Positions 7,925 to 15,148 of a DNA stretch of 41,990 nucleotides are shown here, one piece after another (position 1 is the stretch's first letter; each line of letters starts with the position of its first letter). Location: IMG/VR virus record IMGVR_UViG_3300045988_092374, positions 1-41,990 of that record; one strand, given 5' to 3'. This stretch comes from a virus. The notes beneath the pieces are model-generated. The model had not been told where the DNA came from and searched no databases. It saw nothing but the letters and a program-made list of their open reading frames with translations. Both the position numbers and the translations under genes were made by a program.

Positions 7925-8420
7925 GCATGATGTATCCAGCCAATTGCCTTCTATGGCTGGAAAGACCTTGCGTATGACCGTGAAACAATGGAGAGAGAAA
8001 CGTAGTCTTGATGCGAATGCATACTATTGGGTGCTTTTAAGCAGGCTGTCTGAGTCGCTTGGGATTTCCAAGCCACGCGCACACAATATTATTCTACGTA
8101 AATATGGACAGCCTGAGACGTTTGACGGCTCAGGGGCTTATATCCGTATACCTGACACCGAAAAAGCCGAGGAAACGGCACTGGAGGCGTCTACATACCA
8201 TATCAGACCAACGTCTCAGGTGGTGGCAGGAACGGACGGCGTGGATTACCGCACTTACATTATGCTGAAAGGCTCCAGTGCTTACGACACGCAGGAAATG
8301 AGCGTATTAATTGAAGGACTCGTGAGTGAATGCAAGGAGCTTGGAATTGAAACTCTTCCGCCAGACGAAATAAAGAGAATGCTTATGACTTACGAGGCGA
8401 ACAGGAGGAAGGATGGCTAA
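7848..8420 (+). CDS. NinB/Orf-like recombination mediator
   Basis: RSLDANAYYWVLLSRLS parallels the RSLDQN..LW motif of lambda NinB as I recall it. ATG 7848 follows GAGGAGGAA. Confidence 0.5.
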   Translation: MESKGYLKGVSKDWITGNFLLTFEVEHDVSSQLPSMAGKTLRMTVKQWREKRSLDANAYYWVLLSRLSESLGISKPRAHNIILRKYGQPETFDGSGAYIRIPDTEKAEETALEASTYHIRPTSQVVAGTDGVDYRTYIMLKGSSAYDTQEMSVLIEGLVSECKELGIETLPPDEIKRMLMTYEANRRKDG

Positions 8421-8715
8421 ACGATTATGGAGCGTATTAACCGATGACATGGACCACTGCTATTTTACAGGCAGTCCAGATGTCGAGCGTCACCATGTTT
8501 TCGAGGGACGCAAAGGGAATAAAGCCAAGTCGGAGTTGAGGGGATTTGTGGTCCCTCTCCGACGGGATTTGCATCCCAATGGAGTATGGTTTAAACGGAC
8601 TCCAGAAAACTTACAGATAGATAAAATCTTAAAACAGAGATGCCAGATATACTATGAGTCCCACTATGGGACAAGGTATGATTTTATTAAAGAGTTTGGG
8701 AAATCATACCTGTAA
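8413..8715 (+). CDS. Hypothetical protein; possible small HNH-like nuclease
   Basis: 100 aa with CYFTG..ERHHVFEG...VPLRRDLH (His-rich beta-beta-alpha-like pattern). The functional call is tentative. Confidence 0.3.
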   Translation: MAKRLWSVLTDDMDHCYFTGSPDVERHHVFEGRKGNKAKSELRGFVVPLRRDLHPNGVWFKRTPENLQIDKILKQRCQIYYESHYGTRYDFIKEFGKSYL

Positions 8716-8817
8716 AACAGACCTCCACGGCAGTTAATATATCACGAAAAAGAATGCCACTGGAGTTACAAAGGGCGGCATTGACCAGCCGCCCACTCCT
8801 AACGAGGAGGTGAGGGA

Positions 8818-9189
8818 GTGAACGATTTTGAATTATTTACCTATTCGGTTTATAACGCCCTCGGAGTAGGACACCAGAACGCTCAGACACGCCGGGAGCT
8901 GTGCCAGAAGCTCCACTGTGGAGACCGTAGCTTAAGGAGAGCAATCGAAGCATTGCGACGTAATTATGCAATCCTTTCTAAGGATGATGGAAAGGGCTAT
9001 TATCTGCCAGAAACCAGCGAGGCTGGCCGAGATGAGGCCAGGCAGTGGCTGAAACGCCAAAACGACCGGATGCATAGTATCAAGGCATCACAAGCCGGAG
9101 CAGCCAAATTTGCAGGTCAGTACCGGAGGCAGCGGCAGAATGAAACACCTGGGCAGCTCAATATGTTTGGCGTGGGTAGGAGCCTATGA
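8818..9189 (+). CDS. Winged-helix DNA-binding protein
   Basis: 123 aa. TRRELCQKLHCGDRSLRRAIEALRRNYAILS is wHTH-like. Confidence 0.45.
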   Translation: MNDFELFTYSVYNALGVGHQNAQTRRELCQKLHCGDRSLRRAIEALRRNYAILSKDDGKGYYLPETSEAGRDEARQWLKRQNDRMHSIKASQAGAAKFAGQYRRQRQNETPGQLNMFGVGRSL

Positions 9190-10019
9190 GCGATTTTATA
9201 AAATTAAGCCGAAAAATTTTGGAGTGGGAATGGTATTCCGACATTAATACAAAGGTTCTGTTCCTCCACATGCTGCTGAAGGCAAACTGGAAGGATGGAC
9301 GGTTTCTGGGCGTGGAAATACCGCGTGGCTCTTTTGCATCATCCTACCAGGGCCTGTCCCAGGAAACCGGATTGTCAATAAAAAATGTCAGGACGGCACT
9401 GGAACATTTAAAAAGCACCGGAGAGGTGGCAGTCAACCGACACCCAAAATTTACTGTATTTACAATAAAAAACTACCATTTATACCAGTCAACCGGCAGT
9501 CAACCGGCAGAGAATCGGCAGTCAACCGGCACAGAATCGGCAACAATAGAAGAAGGAAAGAAGAAAAGAAGGAAAGAAATAAAAGACGTCGTTGACACTC
9601 CGCGTCGAAAGGCCGGGCCAACATCGTTTACCGAAGAATCGTTTGAGATGCAATGCGTCAATGCCCTGGTGCAGTCTTGCCTGCGTCAATTCCCGGGTGC
9701 AAAGGTCCCGACGACAGAAACGGAAAAAACAGAGTGGTGTGTCCATATTGACCGGATGAAACGGCTTGATGGACGGAGTGAAACAGATATCCAGGAAGCG
9801 TTGCAGTTTGCCATCAAGGATCCGTTTTGGCAATCCAATATACGCAGTACCAAAAAGCTGCGGGAAAAGTTTGAGACGCTTATTTTGCAAGCACGTAGGC
9901 CAAAACAGACAGGAACAAGAAAGGCGACGAACAGATTCCACAACCTGGAAGAACATGGATACGATTATGACGAGATGGTCTGGGACATGATGAACGCGAA
10001 GGGAGGAAAAGAAGAATGA
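9186..10019 (+). CDS. Replication initiator / replisome organiser (DnaD-like N-terminal wHTH)
   Basis: FIKLSRKILEWEWY ... SYQGLSQETGLSIKNVRTALEHL. It has an internal iteron cluster like lambda O. Confidence 0.65.
   Translation: MSDFIKLSRKILEWEWYSDINTKVLFLHMLLKANWKDGRFLGVEIPRGSFASSYQGLSQETGLSIKNVRTALEHLKSTGEVAVNRHPKFTVFTIKNYHLYQSTGSQPAENRQSTGTESATIEEGKKKRRKEIKDVVDTPRRKAGPTSFTEESFEMQCVNALVQSCLRQFPGAKVPTTETEKTEWCVHIDRMKRLDGRSETDIQEALQFAIKDPFWQSNIRSTKKLREKFETLILQARRPKQTGTRKATNRFHNLEEHGYDYDEMVWDMMNAKGGKEE
9430..9542 (+). repeat. Iteron cluster (putative phage origin)
   Basis: CAGTCAACCG(G/A)CA at 9430, 9486, 9497 and 9519, interleaved with (G/C)AGAATCGGCA at 9510 and 9532. Confidence 0.6.
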
Positions 10020-10297
10020 ACGCAGGATGTAGTGATACAGACGATAGATTGGACTTAGAGGGGATCTGGCCGGAGGAAATTGAGGCCACAAAGGAGCGGG
10101 TCAAGATTGGTGACAAGCTGGTTATCCTTGACGTAAACCGCTTTAATTGTAGGACTGGTGGCTTCGGTGTGCCGGTTGAAACGGCTGTAATTGGCAAATA
10201 CCCGCATCTGTTACACCTGGAAAACTGGATGTCTGCTACATACGCCCAACTGGCGCAGTATTACCGGAGCAATACCAGAAAGAGGTGCATAGTCTGA
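10016..10297 (+). CDS. Small Veg-like protein, paralogue 1
   Basis: Shares RVKIGD ... KYPHL ... TY.Q with ORF 14009-14281. Confidence 0.45.
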   Translation: MNAGCSDTDDRLDLEGIWPEEIEATKERVKIGDKLVILDVNRFNCRTGGFGVPVETAVIGKYPHLLHLENWMSATYAQLAQYYRSNTRKRCIV

Positions 10298-10665
10298 TGG
10301 CGACGAAAGACAGCGTGAAAAGGGCAGTAATTGAATTTATCAAGCAGCATGGATATTCGCCTACTGTTCGGGATATATGCCTGATGACGTCACGTTCTGC
10401 CGGTGTGGTGCATTCCTACATGACCGAGATGCTTCGCACCGGGGAACTGATGACAGACGCTCCTCTCGGTTCGCAGCGCGCGCTCAGAGTGCCAGGAATG
10501 CGCTGGATTGATACGAAAGAATATGCGGGAGTGGTAAAACAGTTATACAGGCTGTTAGAGCATTGCCGGGAGATGGCGGCAGAACCGGGATGCGCCGATG
10601 ACTGGGAACAAGACGTGGACGCACTGGAAAAGGTGATTAGGGCTTTGGAAAGAGAGGAAAGATGA
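10297..10665 (+). CDS. LexA-N-terminal-like winged-helix protein
   Basis: FIKQHGYSPTVRDICLMTSRSAGVVHSYMTEMLRTGEL matches the LexA DNA-binding domain layout. ATG 10297 overlaps the upstream TGA. Confidence 0.5.
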   Translation: MATKDSVKRAVIEFIKQHGYSPTVRDICLMTSRSAGVVHSYMTEMLRTGELMTDAPLGSQRALRVPGMRWIDTKEYAGVVKQLYRLLEHCREMAAEPGCADDWEQDVDALEKVIRALEREER

Positions 10666-10808
10666 AGGGAACAATTGACCACGGAAAGATAGAAGTGCTG
10701 TTGGTTTATGACTGGGACGGAATCAGGCAGTCGATCTTAAGCGGACTTAAGAAACTGGGAAAAGACATTCCGATTGTGATGGCAGAGGAAAGCAGGAAAA
10801 ATGAATAA
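10662..10808 (+). CDS. 48-aa hypothetical protein
   Basis: ATGA overlap with the upstream stop. MKGTIDHGKIEVLLVYDWDG... Confidence 0.4.
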   Translation: MKGTIDHGKIEVLLVYDWDGIRQSILSGLKKLGKDIPIVMAEESRKNE

Positions 10809-10995
10809 GACATGTTGGAGCTGCCTGTACGAATACTCTTGTAATTGGGAGTTGGCAGGAGAGGAAAGCCATTGCCAGAATTGGAAACCAGAATCAGGGG
10901 AAGAACGATCCTGTAAGACATGTGGAAGTCAATGCCTGACCCCAGGAGCCTATTGTGTTCACACTGGGTATTCTTATTGGACGCCAAAAAAATAA
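10801..10995 (+). CDS. Cys-rich 64-aa protein
   Basis: MNKTCWSCLYEYSCNWE...CKTCGSQCLTPGAYC. Confidence 0.5.
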   Translation: MNKTCWSCLYEYSCNWELAGEESHCQNWKPESGEERSCKTCGSQCLTPGAYCVHTGYSYWTPKK

Positions 10996-11022
10996 TTGAA
11001 GATTTAGAGGGGGCATAATCAC

Positions 11023-11328
11023 ATGGAAAAAAGAAAGTATATTGCCATAAGCATCAAACATTCAGATGGTTTGAGATTTACGTTGTGGGGACAAGAAAGA
11101 ACAGAAGACCATGAAAAGAGGTGCTTTTCAGGCTATCTGGGAACGATGGATTTTGACAAGTGTGAACTTTACAGTCTGAAGGATTTTCAGGATTCATATG
11201 GAAATGGAATAATTAAGTGTGACGAGCCTGTAAGGATGACAGTAGGCTTAGTGAAAAAATGGAAAAAGTACGACACAGTTTTGGTTGACTACGAGGAATA
11301 CAAAAAATTTGTGAGTTTTATTGATTGA
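11023..11328 (+). CDS. Hypothetical protein
   Basis: 101-aa ORF preceded by a junction box. Confidence 0.55.
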   Translation: MEKRKYIAISIKHSDGLRFTLWGQERTEDHEKRCFSGYLGTMDFDKCELYSLKDFQDSYGNGIIKCDEPVRMTVGLVKKWKKYDTVLVDYEEYKKFVSFID

Positions 11329-11348
11329 GGATTTAGAGGAGCGAAGAG

Positions 11349-11516
11349 ATGCTAGATATAAATGGAGAATGCGGCTCTGATGAGTGCTGTGCAACATGTA
11401 GATGGGGCCGACTGGTAACGGATGACGATGAGGGAGAAGTTGTTTTTTGTAATTTGAATGGCGGAAATGAGATAGAATGTGCAACGGATGATTGCTGCCT
11501 TCTGTACAAAAACTGA
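11349..11516 (+). CDS. Cys-rich 55-aa protein
   Basis: MLDINGECGSDECCATCRWG...ECATDDCCLLYKN. Preceded by and ending in junction boxes. Confidence 0.45.
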   Translation: MLDINGECGSDECCATCRWGRLVTDDDEGEVVFCNLNGGNEIECATDDCCLLYKN

Positions 11517-11536
11517 GGATTTGAAGGAGAAAAGGA

Positions 11537-11701
11537 ATGTATTTAAACATTGAATACAGAGACGGAAATAAAGAACAAAAATGTGTGGATGATTGCACCA
11601 TTAAAAGCGAATGTCTAATGTATTACATCAGATGGGGTAAAGATGCCGGTACACATTATATTCCGTTAGATATTATTAAAGAGTTTCACAAAGAGAAATG
11701 A
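11537..11701 (+). CDS. 54-aa hypothetical protein
   Basis: MYLNIEYRDGNKEQKCVDDCTIKSECLMYY... Bracketed by junction boxes. Confidence 0.45.
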   Translation: MYLNIEYRDGNKEQKCVDDCTIKSECLMYYIRWGKDAGTHYIPLDIIKEFHKEK

Positions 11702-11727
11702 GGATTTAGAAAAGGAGTGAGAGCAAT

Positions 11728-12024
11728 ATGGAAACAGGATTATTTGATAAAAATGGAACCCCAATTAACATCGGAGACAGGACCAGATTGGTATTAAAAG
11801 ATGGCGAGGTCCGAGAGTTCGATGTGCGTTTTAAAACAGTTAAAAGGACAACGATTAAGACTCTTCGCGGATTTGGGCCGGAGAGCATAGATGTTTCAAT
11901 AACTGGAATTTTCTTCTGCTGGCAGGAAAACGATTTATTACCGTGTGTGGATGAAAACGGGGTTTCTGATGTGGAAAAAATGGAAGTGATTCAGCCGCCG
12001 GTTTGGGGTGCAAGTAGTTTGTGA
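11728..12024 (+). CDS. Hypothetical protein (YopX-like start)
   Basis: FDKNGTPINIGD resembles the start of the YopX family. The similarity is weak. Confidence 0.4.
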   Translation: METGLFDKNGTPINIGDRTRLVLKDGEVREFDVRFKTVKRTTIKTLRGFGPESIDVSITGIFFCWQENDLLPCVDENGVSDVEKMEVIQPPVWGASSL

Positions 12025-12049
12025 GTTGAAGATTTAGAGGAGGAATAGG

Positions 12050-12511
12050 ATGGCATATGCGGAAAAGACTTCTGTGTCTGTTTCCAGGACTAAGGCTGAC
12101 ATAGAGGAGCTGATAAGTCGGTATGGGGCGGAGCAGTTCGTGAGTGGTTTTAAGGGAAACACAGCAGCGATCGGATTTACTATTTCTGGTCGGCAGATAC
12201 GATTTATACTTCCTTTGCCAGATAAACAGGCAAGGGAATACTGGTATACACCGGGGCGCGGTAATCGCCGGACGGATGATGCAGCGCATACTGCATGGGA
12301 ACAAGCGTGCCGGAGTCGGTGGAGGGCCTTGTATCTTATTGTCAAAGCAAAGTTGGAGGCAGTGGAGGCTGGAATAAGCACGGTCGAGCGCGAGTTTTTA
12401 TATGATATTGTGCTGCCGGACGGCCGCACCGCTGGCGAATGGCTGGCGCCGCAGATAGAGACGGCATATGAGACTGGACAGATGCCTCCAATGTTACCGA
12501 TGCTAAATTGA
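12050..12511 (+). CDS. Hypothetical conserved phage protein
   Basis: 153-aa ORF with RBS GAGGAGGAA. Confidence 0.6.
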   Translation: MAYAEKTSVSVSRTKADIEELISRYGAEQFVSGFKGNTAAIGFTISGRQIRFILPLPDKQAREYWYTPGRGNRRTDDAAHTAWEQACRSRWRALYLIVKAKLEAVEAGISTVEREFLYDIVLPDGRTAGEWLAPQIETAYETGQMPPMLPMLN

Positions 12512-12528
12512 CATTTAGAGGTGAACGA

Positions 12529-12666
12529 ATGAAAGATTGTGAAGTTTGCATTTGTCCAGATTGCCAGAAGCAGGACGAATGCGAAATTTGTAACAAGTGC
12601 TATACCTGCCCTGGAGAACACGCAAAAAGTGAATGCCCTTATGGTGGGTTTGAATCAGATAATTGA
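12529..12666 (+). CDS. Cys-rich 45-aa protein
   Basis: MKDCEVCICPDCQKQDECEICNKCYTCPGEHAKSECPYGGFESDN (11 Cys). Confidence 0.45.
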   Translation: MKDCEVCICPDCQKQDECEICNKCYTCPGEHAKSECPYGGFESDN

Positions 12667-12697
12667 CATTTTGTATAGTAGGCTGGTGATTGATTAT

Positions 12698-13195
12698 ATG
12701 ATAGAACAAATTAAACTATTTCCGGATGGAGAACAGAAAAATGTGAGATTATATGTGGAACATGATACCACAGTTGATAATTGGATTAGGGAATATCATT
12801 ATCTCCACTCCGTCCCAGCTGGTGCCATATTAAGATTTTGTTTTAAAAATGCATCAGAAGAAATTCTTGGCTGCATGATGTGGGGGCGTCCCACAAGTAG
12901 AAAAATCAATCAAAAAAATATTTTAGAATTGACTAGAATGTACTTTGTAGATGATACTGAAGCATTTATTGAAAGTAAATGTTTAAGTATGGCACGTAAA
13001 TATATACGAAAGCATTGTCCAAACGTAAAAGGATTAATTGCATATTCTAGTACAGGCGCAGGACATGAAGGAATCGTATATCAAGCAGACAATTGGTACG
13101 CATTAGGTGGGCAAAAAGGTGGTAATTGGGAAAACCGAGAGCATCGTATTAATAGAGACTTGTCTACTAAAATAAGATGGACTCGAAGTCCATAA
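12698..13195 (+). CDS. GNAT-fold Mom-like protein (putative DNA adenine modification / anti-restriction)
   Basis: EYHYLHSVPAGA ... GCMMWGRP ... LELTRMY ... IAYSSTGAGHEGIVYQADNW fits the layout of proteins annotated as the Mom family. The segment is AT-rich. Confidence 0.45.
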   Translation: MIEQIKLFPDGEQKNVRLYVEHDTTVDNWIREYHYLHSVPAGAILRFCFKNASEEILGCMMWGRPTSRKINQKNILELTRMYFVDDTEAFIESKCLSMARKYIRKHCPNVKGLIAYSSTGAGHEGIVYQADNWYALGGQKGGNWENREHRINRDLSTKIRWTRSP

Positions 13196-13196
13196 A

Positions 13197-13568
13197 TCAT
13201 TTATAAATCGCAACACAAATAGAGGTCAACAAAGCTATAAAAGAAATAATTATTGGTAAAACTTTGATGATGATGTCATAGCGTTGAGATTTTAGTTGCT
13301 GTTTGTAATCTAATATTGCTTTTTCACCTTCTTGAGTGAGCATCATGCAGTTACTGACCATTTGACTAGAAGTTTTACCGGATTCACCCTCTATAACATC
13401 AGTAAGACCAGAAACATAGGGCATACAGATATACCCTAAATCATCAAGATTATCTATGCTTGCAAGACCGGCTTGACCAAATTTAGAAGCTATTTCATCA
13501 ATAAAGCAAGAATTGAGTTTTTTCATGTAGCATAATACACGATAGTCAATATTTGTGATTTTATCCAT
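13197..13568 (-). CDS. Membrane-anchored wHTH-like protein, reverse-oriented moron
   Basis: 123 aa with C-terminal TM VLPIIISFIALLTSICVAIY. It has its own promoter and is the only minus-strand gene in this block. Confidence 0.55.
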   Translation of the reverse strand: MDKITNIDYRVLCYMKKLNSCFIDEIASKFGQAGLASIDNLDDLGYICMPYVSGLTDVIEGESGKTSSQMVSNCMMLTQEGEKAILDYKQQLKSQRYDIIIKVLPIIISFIALLTSICVAIYK

Positions 13569-13594
13569 GACAAAAGCCGCCTTTGTTTTTTAAA

Positions 13595-13623
13595 AGTATA
13601 ACATTTACAAGATAGAGAAGCAA
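13595..13623 (-). promoter_or_regulatory. Promoter for the reverse-oriented moron
   Basis: On the minus strand: TTGCTT, 17-nt spacer, TATACT. Confidence 0.4.
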
Positions 13624-13675
13624 GGTATTTATATGTAAAATTGACATTTAGAGGAGGAAAGAGGGAGGGGATAAA

Positions 13676-13819
13676 ATGACAAGGAGGTATCTGACGAAAC
13701 GTTATGTAAATTATGAAGACGACCGGGTATATGCAATTTTTTACAAGGCGACGCACACGATTTATTATAATCTGCTTTGTAATCCAAAATCCCGAGTAAT
13801 AGTCTTTAAACTGCGATAG
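13676..13819 (+). CDS. 47-aa hypothetical protein
   Basis: ATG after GAGGAGGAAAGAGGGAGGGG. MTRRYLTKRYVNYEDDRVYAIFYK... Confidence 0.3.
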   Translation: MTRRYLTKRYVNYEDDRVYAIFYKATHTIYYNLLCNPKSRVIVFKLR

Positions 13820-14008
13820 GAGGGATTGCAACGAGCAAATCAGATTACATAAGAGTGGCAGAGCAGCGGCGCCGACGGGCATCCGTCCAGGACTACATCC
13901 TGAAGGGACCTCGGCCGGAGACCTGGTCGGCGGTGATGCCGGCATATTGTTACACGGTGTTGTGTCCGGTGCATGGGCTTCGGGACAAGCCGGGAGGGAG
14001 AAATATCA

Positions 14009-14281
14009 ATGAAGCGTAACAGAGATAAAATAGAACTTGCACGGATGGGGGCCATCTTTTCCAAAGATGTAGATAAGTGCAGGAACCGGGTTAAAATAGG
14101 TGATGCGTTTACTGTAGCAGACCCAGCATGGAAAAATGAGCAGGGAAACGGAGTAAGGCCAATGATGCGTGGCCGAGTGACAGCAAAGTATCCCCATCTG
14201 GTGACACTGAACTGCGGGACATCCATTACATACGTGCAGATCCTAATGATGCAACGGAACGGTCGGAAATATATTGATTAA
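14009..14281 (+). CDS. Small Veg-like protein, paralogue 2
   Basis: ATG 14009 after GGGAGGGAG. RVKIGD ... GRVTAKYPHLVTL ... ITYVQIL. Confidence 0.5.
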   Translation: MKRNRDKIELARMGAIFSKDVDKCRNRVKIGDAFTVADPAWKNEQGNGVRPMMRGRVTAKYPHLVTLNCGTSITYVQILMMQRNGRKYID

Positions 14282-14709
14282 TGGGGGTGGTGCCAGTGGG
14301 AATTAAGATAACCAGGAAGCTGCTAGATGATTACCGGCGCCTAAAGCGGGAGATTCCTCTCCTGGAGCTGGAGCTGGTCGAGATGCTGCAGGGGGATAAT
14401 GGTTTTGACAACAGTACGATATTTGATTATCGGACCGGAGAAGCACGACCGCAGAGCGTTGTGGGATTTGACTGGAAGCTGCGAGGGCATCGCGAGAAGG
14501 TATTGGATGGGAAAAAGGATAAGGTCAAAGCGGTTGAAAAATGGATTGAGGCCATAGAGGACGGGCAAACACGATGTGTATTTAAGATGTTTTACATTAA
14601 TGGGATGACATGGGAGCGGATTGCGGACAAGACTGGATATAGTAAAAGTCCTGATTACCCACGGAAATTGATTAGAGACACATATTTGGAAAAGTGTAAA
14701 ATTAAATAA
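14281..14709 (+). CDS. Late-gene transcriptional regulator (ArpU/RinA/sigma region-4-like)
   Basis: 142 aa. The C-terminal RCVFKMFYINGMTWERIADKTGYS is a sigma-70 region-4-type HTH. It occupies the classic position upstream of the packaging genes. Confidence 0.6.
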   Translation: MGVVPVGIKITRKLLDDYRRLKREIPLLELELVEMLQGDNGFDNSTIFDYRTGEARPQSVVGFDWKLRGHREKVLDGKKDKVKAVEKWIEAIEDGQTRCVFKMFYINGMTWERIADKTGYSKSPDYPRKLIRDTYLEKCKIK

Positions 14710-14711
14710 AG

Positions 14712-14745
14712 TTATCCGTTTTATCCGCCTTATCCGTTGTAGAAT
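14712..14745 (+). promoter_or_regulatory. Candidate activator-dependent late promoter
   Basis: Three tandem 9-mers TTATCCGTT/TTATCCGCC/TTATCCGTT (14712-14738) are followed after 1 nt by TAGAAT (14740-14745). There is no -35 hexamer. Confidence 0.5.
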
Positions 14746-14751
14746 ACAATT

Positions 14752-15088
14752 AGGCCAAAAGGCTAAATGCCGGAGGCCACTCCCCATACGGCCGCCAGCG
14801 TGTAAAAGCCTGGTGGTCGATTAGAAGCCGACGTTCTTACCGCTTTCTTCATGGCTTCACAAATCGGATAGAAAACGGCGGTTAGGTGACACGAAAGGTC
14901 CCTTGGTCGATATCATACCAGTTGGCTGCTGTGCGGCCCGAAAGATATCCGCTTAGCCAGCCGCGGAGTGAGCTGGTACATACCGGGGACGACCCGGTAT
15001 TGTGTGGAGCATACCATCAACGGGAGATGGACAGGGGCACCCTGGGTTCCGGTTCGATTCCGGATGCGCCGCTTGTATCTGTTTTTTT
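14752..15088 (+). ncRNA. Structured non-coding late leader RNA ending in a tRNA-like cloverleaf (class unknown)
   Basis: GC-rich and non-coding. GNRA-capped hairpins at 14888-14900 and around 14939-14944, plus helix GGCTG/CAGCC (14924-28 with 14958-62). A four-way junction spans 15004-15072 and includes T-arm TCCGG/TTCGATT/CCGGA. T7 run at 15082-15088. Confidence 0.45.
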
Positions 15089-15116
15089 CTCCCCAAGACA
15101 TTTTCAGATACGGATT

Positions 15117-15148
15117 AGGCACTTGGCTTATGGCTGAGTGCCTTTTCT
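15117..15148 (+). terminator. Rho-independent terminator
   Basis: AGGCACT (15117-23) pairs with AGTGCCT (15137-43) and is followed by TTTTCT. Confidence 0.6.

Noticed and set aside
13855-14019. Possible 54-aa plus-strand ORF (GTG 13855, or ATG 13936 for 27 aa) in the gap before 14009
   Set aside because: The frame is open from 13810, but neither start has an RBS and the ORF overlaps the well-initiated 14009 gene. It cannot be supported without comparative data, and the interval may be non-coding.
15004-15072. Reading the T-loop-containing element as a canonical tRNA gene or as the 3' end of a tmRNA
   Set aside because: There is no D-arm. The 7-nt loop AACGGGA has A where the universal U33 would be. 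The closing helix has an A-G mismatch and no CCA. I could find no 5' partner (CGGCGCA) for a standard acceptor stem, no GGGG... tmRNA-type 5' end, and no tag reading frame ending in Ala-Ala-stop. It is kept only as a tRNA-like module of a larger RNA.
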